64,000 nucleotides of DNA from NCBI GenBank assembly GCA_024679065.1, contig JAGIQG010000001.1, forward strand, positions 87,482,001 to 87,546,000, read 5' to 3'. The DNA is from Sphyrna mokarran. Its lineage: Eukaryota. This document shows, one piece after another, positions 1-45,150 of this stretch (position 1 is the first letter of the stretch; each line of letters begins with the position of its first letter). Under the pieces are notes generated by a model. The model was not told the origin of the DNA and searched no databases. It saw only the letters and a program-made list of their open reading frames with translations. The position numbers and the translations under genes were made by a program.

Positions 1-499
1 ATTGGTTTTGGAGGGAAGATGGTGTGGCTTTAACTAGGCAGGTATGCTGGTTCTACCAGATAAACCTAAAGATATTTTCCTCCAGCAATCCTCACATCCC
101 AGTGACTGCCAGATATCCTGTGGCACAGAAAAATTGGCCATCTAGAGTTAGAATTGAAATGATATGTGAAAATGAGGCACATAATCTCACTATCATACTT
201 AAGTTACCAAACTGCCTTTGGAAGCTGATTGACTGCTTGCATTCCTCATCCTCCTTCTGTTAAAACCAGAAGTGGGAGAGCTGGGAGGTGTGTTGATACT
301 TTTATTCTCTTGGCTAACTCAAACCCGACCATTTTTGGGGGGTTAAAATTGCCCCCATTGAGTCATTTGAGAGCTACTACTAACATTTCAGCTGCAAATT
401 ATTTTCAGAGTGGAATGGAATAAAGTTTCTCTCTCATTTAGCTGAACATCAAGTGTACAAATAAAACATTCAATACAACAATATCTGAATTTACTGCTA

Positions 500-850
500 G
501 AAATATTAAAAAAAAGGAGTGGGTCAGTAGACCCTTCGAGTCTGCTCCACTGTTCAATATGATCATGGCTGATCCTCAATTTCAACATACTCCCAACCCT
601 CTTCCCACACCCCTTGATGCTTTGAGACTAGGAATCTATTTCTTTCTTAAATATATTCAGTGATTTGACCTTCCATCACCTTCTGTGACATAAATTCCAC
701 ACGTTATCCTTGGTGGAGAATTTTCTCCTCAACTCAGTCCTAAATTAGCCCACCCCACATACTGGGACTGTGACTCCGACTCCTTGTTTTAGACTTTCCA
801 ACCCTCAGAAATATTATTCCTGCAATCAATCTGTCCAGTCCTGTCACACC
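500..850 (-). mobile_element. CR1-type LINE 3' fragment
   Basis: Antisense CR1 3'-end sequence (ccactgttcaatatgatcatggctgatc, ttccacacgttatcc) related to other copies in the window. Confidence 0.6.
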
Positions 851-1046
851 TTTCGATGAAATTCATGTGTTTCAACAATGCTAATTTTGTTAAGCATGAA
901 TTGCCTAAGACCGCAGTGGATTTATTAAAGATGTGCAATAATTTACAAGAGAAACATTAATATTGACTATACATGTGTTTTAAATAAGTCTGCCTTATTT
1001 TGAGCTATCAGTGACAGAAGCGTACAACAAAATGCTAGTCCCTCAC

Positions 1047-25399
<24,353 letters not shown>

Positions 25400-25519
25400 G
25401 TCGGCCTCAGTAACACCGCCAGCAACTCCACTGACAGCGCCACCCCCTGGTCTCAGCAGCTGGCTCCTCCACCCATTACCTTCCGTGACCCAACTAGTCT
25501 GGGCTTTGGACACTTGATT

Positions 25520-25875
25520 ACTTTGATTTTTGATTTATTACTGTCACACGTACTGGTGTACACTGAAAAGTATTGTTTCTTGAGCACTATACAGGCGAAG
25601 CATATCGTACATACAGAAGGAAAGGAGAAAGTGCAGAATATAGTGTCACAGCCATAGCTAAGGTGCAGAGAAAGATCAACTCAATACAAAGTCGGTCCAT
25701 TCAAAAGTCTGATGGCATCAGGGAAGAAGGTGTTGTTGAGTCGATTGGTAGGTTACCTCAGACTTTTGTATCCTTTTCCCGAGACAGGAAGGTGGAAAAG
25801 AGTAGGACCGGGGTGTGTGGAGTCCTTGGTTTTGCTGGCTACTTTTCCCAGGCAGCAGGAAGTGTCAATGGATGG
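25520..25875 (-). mobile_element. Rex1/Babar-like LINE 3' end just upstream of the LIAS start
   Basis: Reverse complement of the 3' tail seen at 27335-27705, 43600-43970 and 44705-45150. Confidence 0.75.
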
Positions 25876-27334
25876 AATGTAACAACTTGTTATACAGTTC
25901 ATTGAATTTTTTCTAAGATAATTTCAGTTAGTGTTCTGTAATGTTTTACATTGATGCAAAGAGAAGTGAAAAAGCTTGGCTTGACTTTTCATAACAGGAC
26001 AGCTAAGGTTTTGCAACCACAAGATTTTATTTTAGAGTTGCAGGCACTTGACATATAGGTAATTAAAAAATGAGAACATGGTGGTGCAGTGGTGCCACTG
26101 GACTAGTAATACAAAGGGCCAGACTCAATATCTGGAGACATTAAGTACCACTGTGATGATCTCAATGAGACCAATGAGGTGACACTTTGGAGTATAAGTT
26201 CCCTGATTGAAATAATGATTACCTGCCTAATCACAGAGTCACACCTGTGCATACAATGGTGAGTGTCAGGTCTGCTGGCATTCTGGGTTCTGAGTTTGTA
26301 TCTGATGTACTTTTAGGAGTGGAGATAATTTTGTAAATAAGGGGAATCTTGTGAAGGGTACCAGCTTTTGAGGAGTTATTTCAGCCACCTGGAATAATTT
26401 TAAAATTGAAACTAGCCTCAGTATTGGTGACTATGAAGCTACATCAATTATATAAAAATACTTCTGGTTCACAAATGTTCTTTAAGGAAGGAAATCTGCC
26501 AATCTTACCTGTTCTGAACTACATTTGATTCCAGATCCATAGCTATCTGGTTTTCTTTAACTGCTATCTGAAATGGCTTCATGCTTGGGGTTGGGCATCA
26601 AATGGTGCCCAACTGCTAGTTGCTAGTGGTGCCCAAATCCTATAAAGGAGTTAAACAGCTATTTGAGGAATAGCAGTGTTTCATTACCACAAACGCATTA
26701 AGGGATGGAAATTTTACTTGATTTAGCAAGTAATTTCATCCAGGATAAAGCATTTAAAATAGTATGGGTGTTATTATGACGGAGCAGAACAACATTAAAA
26801 ATTAATAATTAAAAATTAATTAAAGAGGCATAGACAAAAATCTAACCATTAGCCATAAACATCAGCTATACGAAATTAACCAATATAAATAACTAATAGG
26901 AATCTCATCTTCCCTTGTGCTATCTTCTATTAAATTACTGACTGCACAATCTCTACTCCTAGCTCTAAACATCTCTGGACACAGGCATTCCCTCTTTCAA
27001 TACCAGCCTACTCTGCCTTGCACCTTATGTGGAATATTGGTAGTTACATGTTTCACCATTTGCTTCCATCATCTCACATTCCCTTTTGCGGCAATTCTGG
27101 CCTTTTCCCCGCCAACTCTTCTTCACCATTTTCATCTTCCTCTTTGATGTTTACTCTTTGCTCACTGCTCTATGATTTTTCTGTGCACATGTGAGTGCTT
27201 TGGAAGAGTAAACTGTTTTTCTGTATTTTTGTTTGTACATTCATTCTCACTTTCTGCAACTCTAATTCTTTCTGTCTTCTTTTCTCATTGCATGTAATCT
27301 ACTTTCTGTGAAATTAACCCAGAAGCTTAACAGG

Positions 27335-27705
27335 CCTCCCATCCACTGACTCTGTCTATACTTCTTGCTGCCTTGGCAAAGCAGCCAGCATAATTAAGGA
27401 CCCCATGAACCCTGGACATTCTCTCTTCCATTTTCTTCCTTCCGAAAAAAGATACAAAAACCTGAGGCCACGTACCAACCGATTCAAGAACAGCTCTTTC
27501 CCTGCTGCTGTTAGACCTTTGAATGGACTTACTTTACATTACGTTGATCTTTCTCCAAGCCCTAGCTATGACTGTAACACTACAGTTTGTACTGTCTCAC
27601 TTCCTTCTCTATGAATGGTATGTTTTGTCTATACAACACATAAGGAAAAATACTTTTCACTGTATGTTAAAATGTGACAATAATAAATCACAATCAAAAT
27701 CAAAA
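27335..27705 (+). mobile_element. Rex1/Babar-like LINE 3' fragment
   Basis: RTNRFKNSSFP motif and gtgacaataataaatc tail. Confidence 0.75.
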
Positions 27706-29639
27706 GTCAAAATGTATGAAGATCCATTGAAAACTAAGAAACCATGTGAAAATACTCTCCTGAAGTTAAGCTAGGCCTCATTTATACATTGGACTCAAAA
27801 TCTGGCACAGGGGCAGGCACTGATCTGGAGCATTGTATGCACACAATAGTTAGGAGATAATACCACCATTGGCACATAGATGTGCAGGGCCATGGTATAT
27901 TCAACAGTAATTGCCAGAATATGAACCACATTACTGTAGCACGAGGAGCTGAATTTTATGGTCTTTGCTGCCAGAATCTAGTCCAATTGGTCTAACATAG
28001 TAAAAAGAGAAAATGCTGAAAAAAACTCAGAGTCTGGTAGCTTCTTCGGAGAGACAAAAAGAATTAATATTTCAAGTTCAAAACGACTTTTTTGGACAGA
28101 AGGAGAGAAGGAGGAAGGACAATTATTTTCCACCTTTTGAGTAATGCACTCTTTGTCTCTTTCAAATCTATCCAGTTTATAATAGAATTGATTTATAATC
28201 ATAACAATGGAATCAGGCTCGATTTCAGATTCAGAATCAAAACAAGATTGAAAATAAAAGGAAGCTTCTGTAAGAAAGAAGAAGCAGCTGAACAATAGCA
28301 GTGAGCTGAGAAAAGCAGGAAGGGATAATGTGATTGCAAATGCTTTATCACAACTTTGATGAAAGAAGGATGGAATGTTCAATGTTGGAAGAGACTGAAT
28401 TGGACTATATTATTGTTATATTTGTATGCTTAGATCTAATAAAATGTACCTACATATATTATAGAGGACTAAAAGTGTGAAAACCAGAAGTTTTGAAAAA
28501 TGAAGCCATCTTTTTCATCCTATTGGTTCATATTTTAAGGGAGGAAGTGTGATGATACAGTGCCTTTAAGAAATATATTTTTTATCATATTTCATGTATG
28601 GGGAATGTTTAAATTTAGATCTATTTTGCAAGGTGCCAATTTGTCCAGGAAACCATTTAAATTAAGAGTTGGGAACACAAGAAATGTACTCAGTTCAAAC
28701 ATAGAGTCTTTAAGCAGAGCTAATGCATTTATTTTTTTCTTGGGTTCCCCTTGGATTTCAGAGTAGATTTTTGATCAGATTGATAAACAGAGATGGAGTC
28801 ATGTGATTAATAGAAGGACCTAAGCTTGCAGGAAAAGGTTTCAATTTTATTTTATAAGGAGTTGCTGCCTGGACTGCCAGAAGAAGGCAGTCTCTATCTT
28901 CTTGAAAGCTCCAGAGCTCCTAAACTAAGTCATAGGCAAATATACCTGTGTTGTGTTAACTAATTTTATAGAGAGGGTTTAAGTCTATAAGAGGAATATT
29001 GCTTGAATTGAAACTCATAGCAACATATTGGCTGTTAAGGCTTGTATCTTGTCCTGTTTACATATTCAATTGTGAAAGGTTATGATAGAACATATTTCTA
29101 ATTAAAATGGAAAGAGGGATATGTGGAACAGGTGAGAAGGTGGATTTGAGACCAGGGAAAGATCAGCCATGATCTTATTGATTAGCAGAGCAGGTTCAAG
29201 GGCTGAATTTGCCTATTTATGTTCCCAATTCCTAAGTTCCTTGTTAAGATAATTCATTCATTGTAGGTAAACTATGTTATTAAATAAAATTTGCTTTGAT
29301 TAAACTCTTCCTGGTTTGTTGGTAGAATCATGTCTGTGGTTATCCTCACACTAATGCAAAAATAGAAAATTGTTGGGCTTTTGCCTGACTCCACTATGCA
29401 CCTTGATGTTTCTGAACTGGTACCCTAACAAAATAAATATGTGGGTCTAACAATTCCTTTGGATCTAATTTATTCTTGTTAAAACTCAGAAAGTTTTAGG
29501 AAATAAATTAACCAAAAGAAGAAATATTTATTTTGAAATCTGTCACGTGAACTGTTTGCATAAGTAATGAATTAGCCGAAAAGAGAGCAGGGAGTTAGTA
29601 CAGTAACTCAGTAAACCCACGTGCTCCAGCAGGGTTAGT

Positions 29640-30180
29640 TATGAATGGGCGGGAACGCGAGAAATCGGCCGGAAGTGATATCCTGGAGCGTGCTGTGCGT
29701 GATAACGTTTCATGGTGACGCAGGACGTTCCGTTACAAGTCTGGGCGGAGGGTGTAGTGACTTCCTTTCCTCCATCTTGAGCGAGGTGAGGGGACGGGAA
29801 AAGGGCGACTCTGGGGGAATCCGCTTCCATCGGTTCCTTGTCGGTGTATGCCAGGCCGTAGGCGGCGGTAACGGGCAACGGGCCTCCTCTGGCCGCGGCT
29901 CAGGGTGGTATTGCCGGAGTTCCTTTGATGGATACGGATTAATTTGGAGAGTTTTGTGGTGGGCTGACGAGCGGTCCTTCGTTTCAGGCCCGGAGGTAGA
30001 TTTGGTAGCTTACGCCTGAGGCCGGGTGGCAGTCCGTGTCGTTAGAACGGGCAGAGGGACTGATACTGCGTGAGTGTCAGACCGACCGCACCTTGGCTGT
30101 GACTCTGAATGCCAGGGTTTATGTGCCGACAGCAAGTCGTCCCGTCCTGATCCGTGTCTCGTCACACTGGTGTCTGTGTA
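29640..30180 (+). promoter_or_regulatory. RPL9 CpG-island promoter with ETS/GABP site, CRE-like half site, GC box, TCT/TOP initiator and YY1 core
   Basis: CCGGAAGTG 29669-29677; TGACGCA 29716-29722; GGGCGG about 29743; pyrimidine tract CTTCCTTTCCTCC from 29761; CCATCTT (YY1 core, reverse) 29772-29778. These elements are typical of vertebrate ribosomal protein promoters. Confidence 0.85.
29761..29785 (+). other. RPL9: RPL9 non-coding exon 1 with 5' TOP tract
   Basis: Pyrimidine tract followed by GAG|GTGAGG donor at 29786; the exact TSS is uncertain by a few nt. Confidence 0.8.
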
Positions 30181-30479
30181 GCTTCTACTCTGACTCAAAA
30201 TTGTATTAATGCATTTGGAGGCACTGCTTTCCCAAACTTCTAGGGCAATGCTCATCTGCTTTCAGACTCAATGTCAGTTCACCCAAACGTACAAGGTGCT
30301 GTATTGCCATTGTAGACGTTGTGTGGAACCTTCCAGTGGATGTACCACAGGGAATGAAATGTTTTTGAAATCGTTATTGTCGTATTCTAAGGAGTATGTA
30401 GCCAATTAGTGTACAATGAAGAGTTAGTGCCAGCAAAGACTTTGGTTCGGTGTTAATTGGTACAAATCTCCCCATCATC

Positions 30480-30800
30480 CCATGGGGTTCACATCTGTGA
30501 AGGCTGTAGGAGTCTTATTCTAGAGAGCACAGGCTGTGTTGTTGGCTTCTCTTGAATGAAACACTAAAATTTGAGACAAAACTCGAGTAGATGTAACAGA
30601 TCCCGAGGCACTGTTTTGAGTAAAAGAATTATTCATGAACTCCTGGGCAATGTTAGTTTCATCAAACGTTATTAAAACAGATTGATTTTTACTATATGCA
30701 AATTAGTTGCTACATTTCCTACATGGCAACAATGACTTCACTTGCAATTGGCTGTATTTTGGAGCCCAATGAAAAGTACTATATAAACAAGTTTGCCTTG
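30480..30800 (+). mobile_element. Old Deu-domain SINE-like fragment in RPL9 intron 1
   Basis: gtaacagatcccgaggcactgttttga ... gcaaattagttgctacatttcctacat resembles Deu-SINE cores (from recall). Confidence 0.45.
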
Positions 30801-30994
30801 ATTTAATATCTGATCCAAAGTCAGTGTTCTTAGTACTGCACTTCTGTTGGAAATAATAATTAAAATGTTTTGTTAGATGTTTTTTGTGATGTCTATCACA
30901 ATTGAGTGCTATTTTGTGATAGCTGCTGGTTTGTAAGTTTACTTGGTAATTAAGGTATTACCTTCTCATGTTAAACCAATTTTTTCTTCTCAGA

Positions 30995-37919
<6,925 letters not shown>

Positions 37920-37937
37920 CTCTACTCTCAAACCATT

Positions 37938-37943
37938 AATAAA
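37938..37943 (+). terminator. Polyadenylation signal after RPL9 exon copy B
   Basis: AATAAA followed about 20 nt later by a GT/T-rich downstream element (gtcttgttgttttatttt). Confidence 0.8.
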
Positions 37944-39334
37944 TTTTATGGACTGAAGAGTCTTGTTGTTTTATTTTCTTTGTCTTTAGCTGCTTTTTGG
38001 ATTTTAAATGTTTGGACAGCATTCCATTAATACCGATTGAATGATGGTCTTTGACTGTGGAGTGCAGTCAAAAACAAGCCCACAACACCATGTATGGCTC
38101 TGCAGGAGGAAGTTTGGTGATGGGGAAATCCTGTGGCTGCTAATACATGATGCCTTGTTGCCTCCTTGGTGTAAAGGTCAAGGATGTCACTGAGCAGTTG
38201 CAAAGCCCTCTTGACATGGGAAGATGAATAATCAGTCTGCTCATCTCTGACAATGATAACATTTTGGGGCATCAGGAAGAAGACTAGCAAACAGTATTTG
38301 TAAAGATTGTAATCTTTTGATTACATTTGGTACACATAATGAGCATAGAAAGTTGGGTAGAGAAGCTGGAAAGGGAGGACTTTAGAGTTGGACATTAGGA
38401 ATGGTTCTGAGAAGGCAAGACCAATGTCCTTGTGTGGTAATTTGCTAATGCTGCTGCTATAAAGTAGGCTTGTATCCTTTTCATGTGATTTCATTTTTTT
38501 CCAGAGGGGCTGACAAAACAAATTTTGGAATGATCATTCAAAGTTAATGCCAAGTAAAAAGCATTAAATTAAGGTGTACACACATAGTTGGGATGGTTTC
38601 CCCTGGCAGATAGTCTCTTCTGTTTAAAAAGTGCAAATGCTGCAGCAAGCAAAGTCAGAGCTCTTAGGTGCAGTAGGAAAAGGATGCAAATGACAGGTCA
38701 GCTTGATAAAGTGAAAACCAGACTGAATAAAGAAACTATTATATAGAATCTATTCTGTAATGAAGGGAAGGTGAGAAAGGAAATATGTATGAAGAGACTG
38801 ACAGCTAACAAAAGAGAATCCAAAAGACCTGCACAGACATAAACTCAGTAAGAGGAGTGGTAGGGCTAATTAGGGATTAAAACGTTTGCATGTGGAGGCA
38901 GAAGGTGTTATTGGGATGCTGCTAATCAAAGAATTGATGCTTCTAAAGTCATGGTGAAAGAGGATACAATTAAGACATTGAAAAGACTTAAAATTAAGAG
39001 GTGATGTTATACTGTACTTGTCAGTCACCAGGGTCAGAATGGATTTATTTGAAGATACTGAAGAGTAAGGGAGGATTGTAGTAGTACTGGCTATAAAATT
39101 TCAATGCATACTAGTGAAGGAATCTTTTCATTTGAAGGTGTGTATTGCATAGTTAATTAAATTGTTCCTGGCATGAGGGGATTGTACTAAAGGGATGTGA
39201 GGATGAATTCTATATTCTGAGGACTTAAGTGAAATTGAAATATAAATTTCCTGAGGTTTGAGGGAATAGATGCTCTGAAAATATTTCATTGGCTGGTGAG
39301 TTTAGAACATAGAACATTACAGTGCAGAACAGGC

Positions 39335-40645
39335 CCTTAGTAAGAAGTTTCAACACCAGGAAAAAGCCCAACAGGTTTATTTGGTAGCTAACACCACTAA
39401 CTTTCAGAGTGCTCCTTTGTTGGATGAGTGGGAGATTTTTCCCAAGCAGGGCATATAAAGGCACAAACTCAGTATGCAGAATAATGATTGAAATGCTAAT
39501 ACTTTAAAGCTAATCAAGTCTTCAAGATACAGACAATGAGTGGAGAGAGCATTAAGCATAGGTTAAAGAGATGTGTATTGTCTCCAGACAAGACAGTTAA
39601 TGAAATTTTTGCAAGCTTGGGCAAATTGTGGGGGTTACAGACTGTCACATGAACCTGAGATCCCGGTTGAGGCTATCTTTGTGTGCAAAACTTGGCTATC
39701 AACCTCTGCTTGGTGACTGCTGTTGTGTCATGAAGTCCGCCTTGGAGAATGCTTACCTGAAGTTCAGAGGCTGAATGTCCACGACTGCTGAAGTGTTTCC
39801 CAACAGAACAGTTTTGCCTGTTACTGTGTGCATTTGTCCATTGTCTGCATAGTCTCCCCAATGTACCATGTGGCGGGACATCCTTAACTACAGCCTATCA
39901 GGTAGACAACATTGGCCAAGTTGTAAGAGTATGTACCAAGTGGATAGTGTTCTCACATGAGATGATGGCTTCCATGTCAATAATCAGGCACATTTTGCAG
40001 TGATTGCTGTGGCAGGGTTGTGTGGTGTTGTGGTCACTGTTCTGAAGGCTGGGTAGTTTACTGCAGACAATCTGTTTGAAGTTGTGGGGGTGAGGGGATG
40101 GCCTTGGCTAGATGTTTGTCTTCATCAATGACACATTGAAGGCTCCAGAGGAGATGTCGCAGCTTCTCTGCTCTGAGGAAGTACTGGATATTGAGTACTT
40201 TGTCTACCACGTACTGTGTTTGTCTTCTGAGGAGCTTGGTGTGTTTTTTTTGCTGTGACACATCAGAACTGTCGATGGATGAGTTAAGCACCATATCCTG
40301 TTCTTATGAGGGTATCTTTCAGCACCTGGGGGCACCTGTTGCGAATCCATCTCATCTGAGCAGATCCTCTGTAAACAGAGGGCTTGTCCTTAGTGGGTAG
40401 CTTTAATGTATTCAGGGTGGAAGCTGGAGAAGTGGAGCATCGTGAAGTTATCTATGGGCTTGCAATACAGTGAAATGCTGAGGTGACTCCTTAATGGAGA
40501 TGTGTGTTCAAGAATGCAACTGATTCTGGAGAGTAGCCCATGGTGAGTCTGATGGTGGGATGGAACTTGTTGATGTCATCATTTAGTTATTTCAGTGATT
40601 GTTCACCATGAGTTCAAAGGAAGAAAATGTCATCAATGTATCGCA
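39335..40645 (-). mobile_element. Penelope-like retroelement relic (RT C-terminus, endonuclease region, terminus)
   Basis: Minus-strand YIDDIFFL, ...SVGKHFSSRGHSASELQVSILQGG...QRLIAKF, and terminus aataaacctgttgg. Confidence 0.8.
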
Positions 40646-40649
40646 TCGG

Positions 40650-40895
40650 TTCAGTACTCAACACTGACAACTGCCAGTTTCCAGATGCAATTTTACAAAT
40701 CGTCTGCTTCATCCTGAATCACAACGTCTTCACTTTTAACCAATTCTTCATCCAGATACATGGAACAGCCATAAGGACCAAATTTGCACCTCAATATGCC
40801 AACATCCTCATGCACAGGTTTGAACAAGACTTCTTTATCGCACAGGGTCTTCAACTGATATATTGACATTTTCTTCCTTTGGACTCATGGTGAGG
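40650..40895 (+). mobile_element. Inverted Penelope-like RT segment
   Basis: FILNHNVFTF..QIHGTAIRTKFAPQYANILMHRFE, the PLE RT motif GTAMG..AP.YANIFM. Confidence 0.8.
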
Positions 40896-40904
40896 ATGAA
40901 TTTG

Positions 40905-42580
40905 TGATAAAGGCTGATAGAATGGAGGAGGAAGATATTCTGAGGGAAGATGCATTAGCAATTTTGAAAAACCTGAGGGTCAATAAGTCCTGGGCCAGAT
41001 GGGATACATTCTAGAAAATTTTGAGGCAAGGAATGAGATTATGGAGCCTTTAGCTTTGATCTTTGGGTTCTCACTTCACGGAGATTGTGCCAGAGGAATG
41101 GAAAATGGCAAATGTTGTTCCTCTTCAAGAAAGGAAGTAGCAATGACCCTAGCCAGTTAGTCTTACATCAGTGGTTGGTGGTTTTAAAATAAAGAGTAAA
41201 AAAAATACAATCACATTACTACAGAAAATGGTGTGCTGGCTCTAGGAGAATTCATATCAGTTCATGGAAATGGCAGAGTGAGATTGCTACTGTGGTTTGC
41301 GCACATAACTCATCCCAATTTTGTCTTATGGTTTACGAACCTCAGCAGAACAAGGAAACTGAGCACAAAAAGACAGCAACTTGCTCCCAGGGACTAAAAA
41401 AAAAGTGGAAGAGGTGAATATCAATAGCAGTAAGTAAGTTAATGGAAAAGGTCCTGAGGGATAGGATTTATGACCATTTGGAAAGATGCAGCTTAATTCA
41501 GGATGCAGCTTAATCCGTGAAGGTTGTCTTGCCTCACACAAATGTGATTTCTTTAAGGAGGTACTAAGTGTGTAGACAAAGGTAGAGCAGTTGATGTCGT
41601 GTACATGTATTTTAGTAAGGCATTTGATAAGGTTCCCCATGGTAGGCTCATGAAGAAAGTAAGGCGGTGCGGGACAGAAGGAAATTTGGCTGATTGGATA
41701 AGTAATTGGCTATTTCATAGAAAACAAAAGATGATGGTGGAGGGAAAATTTTCAGACTGGAGGCCAGTTACCAGCGGTGTTCCATAGGGAACCGTGTGGG
41801 GTCCACTACTATTTGTGATTTTTTTTATTAGTGATTTGGAAAAGTGGGCTGAAGAGTGGGTTAGTAAATTTGCTGATGACACCAAGATTGGTGGAGTAAT
41901 GGATGAGGTGGAGGGCTCTTGTAGGCTACAAAGAGACATTGACAAAATGCAGAGCTGAGAAGTGGCAGATGGAGTTTAACCCTGATAAGTGCGAGGTGAT
42001 TAATTTTGGTAGAACAAACTTGAATGCAGATTACAGGGTCAATGGCAGCGTTCTGAGGAATGTGGAGGAACAGAGAGATCTTGGGGTTCATATCTACAGA
42101 TCTCTGAAGGTTGCCACTCGAGAGGATAGAACCGTAAAGAAGGCCTATAGGGTGTGAGTGTTTAGTAACTGGGGTTTGAGTTTGAGTCATGGGATTATGT
42201 TACAACTATACAGGACCTTGGTGAGACCATATTTAGAATATTATGTTTAGTTCTGATCATCTCACTATAAGAAGGATGTGGAAGCATTAGATGCTGCCTA
42301 GTTTGAAGAGTAGGTCTTATGAGGAAAGATTGAGGGAGTTGGGGTTTTCTTTTTAGAGCAGAGGAGAGTGAGAGGTGACTTAATAGAAGTTTGTAAGATG
42401 ATGAAAGGAATAGAGTGGATATTCAGGGACTATTTCTTTGGGTGGATATAGCTGTTACTAGGGGCATAATTTTAAGGTTCATGGTGGGAGATAGAGGAGG
42501 GATGTCTGAGGTAGATTCTTTATTCAGAGAGTGGTTGGGGTATGGAATGCACTGTGCACTGAGATAGTGGAGTCATAAGA
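40905..42580 (+). mobile_element. CR1 LINE fragments (RT domain), degenerate and interrupted at about 41180-41440
   Basis: FSKAFDKVPH, VTSGVP, KFADDTK and WQMEFNPDKCEV. Confidence 0.88.
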
Positions 42581-42584
42581 TACC

Positions 42585-42980
42585 CTCAAGAACAGGGTAT
42601 GGCATTTGACTCATCGATCAACAGTTCTGACGTGCCACAGTGAAAAATGGCACCAACCTCCTCAGAAGACAAACATGGGACACAAGCCAGAGTACCCTTT
42701 GTCATCCAGTACTTCATCAGAGTGGAGAAGCTACAACATCTCCTCCGGAGCCTTCGACATGTCATTGCTAAAGACAAGCATCTCACCAAGGCTGTCCCCA
42801 CACTTCTTGCCTTCAAACAACTGTACAACCTCAAGAGATTAGTGACCACCCTGCCATAGCAATCTCTGCAAAATGAGCTGGATCACTTACATCTCACGTG
42901 AGAACACCATCCACCAGGTACATGGTACAAACTCTTGCAACTCGGCCAACATTGTCTACCTGATAGCTGCAAGAAAGGAT
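42585..42980 (+). mobile_element. Penelope-like fragment
   Basis: RVPFVIQYF..EKLQHLLRSLRHVI..DKHLTK, homologous to 40058-40294 on the minus strand. Confidence 0.75.
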
Positions 42981-42984
42981 TCCT

Positions 42985-43970
42985 GTACTCTCAAGTAAGG
43001 ATCTGTGTAATTGATAAGATAGGCAATAACACCACCTCCACAATCATCCTCAATATCGGTCCCTCACAAGTCTGTGTTCTCAACCCCCAACTCCTTACTC
43101 ATCTATGATTGTGTGGCCAAATTCCTCTCCAATTCGATTTTCAAGTTTGCTGACCACCACTGTAGTGGGTTGGATCTCAAACAATGAGACAGAGTACAGG
43201 AATGAAATAGAGAATCTGGTGAACTGATGCGGTGGCAACAATAACTCTCCCTCAATGTCAACAAAATGAAGGAGTTTGTCATCGATTTCAGGAAGCATAA
43301 AGGAGACCATGCCCCTGGCTTACATCGACGGAAATGATGTAAGAAAGGGTCAAGAGCTTCAAGTTTTTAGGTCCCAATCACCAACAATCTATCCTGGTCC
43401 CCTCCATGCCAACACCAGGTTAAGAAAGTCCACCAACACCTCTACTTCCTCAGAAGACTAAGAAGATTTGGCATGACACATACAACTCTCACCAACTTTT
43501 ACAGATGCACCTTAGAAAGCATTCTTTCTGGTTGTATCACAGCTTGGTATGGTTCCTGCTGTGCCCAGGACTCCAAGGAACTACAAGCGGTCATAAACGT
43601 AGCCTGATCCATCACGTAAACCAATCTCCCATTCATTGGCTCTGTCTACACTTCCCATTGCCTCGGCAAAGCCGCCAGCATAATTAAGGACCTTATGTAT
43701 CCTGGACATTTTCTCTTCCACTTTCTTCCATTGTAAGATACAGAAATATGAGGTCATATACCAACCGACTCAAGAACAGCTTCTTCCCTGTTACTGTCAG
43801 ACTTTCAAATGGACTTATCTTGCATTAAGTTGATCTTTCTTTACACTCTAGCAATGACTGTAACACTATATTCTGTACTCTCTTGTTTCCTTCTTTCTGA
43901 ACCAAATATAGCATGCAAGAAACAATACTTTTCACTATGTTAATATATTTGACAATAATAAATCAAATTC
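42985..43970 (+). mobile_element. Rex1/Babar-like LINE (RT C-terminus to 3' tail)
   Basis: Degenerate G.PQ.CVLSP, KFAD.TTVVG.ISNN.ETEYR and LNVNK.KE.VIDFRK motifs. Confidence 0.8.
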
Positions 43971-44704
43971 AAAAAGTGATTCCTCCACTCCCTTAGAATT
44001 CCACAGGAATGTCTGCCTTGATTTTGTGCTCAGGTCCTAAAATGGGATTCAAACCTACAACTTTTAGAGTTAGAAGCAAGAGTGCTACCAACTGAGTCAC
44101 TGCTGACACAGAGGAGAGAAAATATATAGGAACAGAAAGAAATCAGTCAAACATGACAGCAACCAATGCTGCAAAGGATATTTGCATATTTTATGACACC
44201 ATAAATTGCTATTGTAATTTGAGGAAATTTTCAAGAAGGTATGTGAACTTTGTTTTGCAAGTATGAAACATTAAGATACAGATGTTACCAAACAGGAATA
44301 AGGGTGAATTGCAGTCTTCTACTGAGTCTAATTTAAATTTCAATAAAAGTAATTCAGGACCAGGCACCTGCTTGTCAGACTTTGGTCTGAGTCCACACTT
44401 CAAAGTTCAGGAATAAACTGGGAGTTTGTTTCATACACCCCACATCATTGTGCCATTTACAAATCTGTTTGTGGGACAAGCAGCAGGGTCACCTTGAAGT
44501 ACTTTGACATCAATTCACACAGAGTCCCAGAAGGATGCATGAGGTAGTTGTTTGCGTGAGGAGCTCAGATTAGTCTGTGGTCTTCCCCTTCCTCATTCCT
44601 GTATGGCAACAGCTGTTTCATAATAACCACAAGCATCCTGTAGCCTCACCTTAACTGAGCCCTTTGTTCGCTAAATCTTCAGATTTATCAGAAAATCTGA
44701 CTTA

Positions 44705-45150
44705 TGTTTGTGCTTGGTATGTTTCTGGCACTGCCCAAGACTATAAGGAACTACAAAAGGTCATGAATGTAGTCCAATCCATCACGCAAATCAGCCTGCC
44801 ATCCATTGACTCTGTCTACTCTACCTGTTGCCTCAACAAAATAGCCAACATGAAGGCCCCCATGCACTCCGTACATCTCTCTTCCACCTTCTTCCTTCGG
44901 GAAAAAGAGACAGAAGTCTGAGGTCATGTACCAACCGATCCAAAAACAGCTCCTTCCCTGCTGCTGTCAGACTTTTGGATGAACTTACCCCACATTAAGT
45001 TGATCTTTCTCTACACCCTAGATATGACTGTAACACTACATTCTGCACTCTATCGTTTCCTTTTCAATGAACCTTATGCTTTCTATAGGCCAAGAAAAAA
45101 TACTTTTCACTGTATGTTAATACATGTGACAATAATAAATTAAATCAAAA
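44705..45150 (+). mobile_element. Rex1/Babar-like LINE 3' fragment
   Basis: Colinear with 43540-43970. Confidence 0.75.

Noticed and set aside
27978-28382. 134-aa minus-strand ORF between LIAS and RPL9
   Set aside because: Low-complexity, partly repeat-derived, non-ATG start and no recognisable motif.
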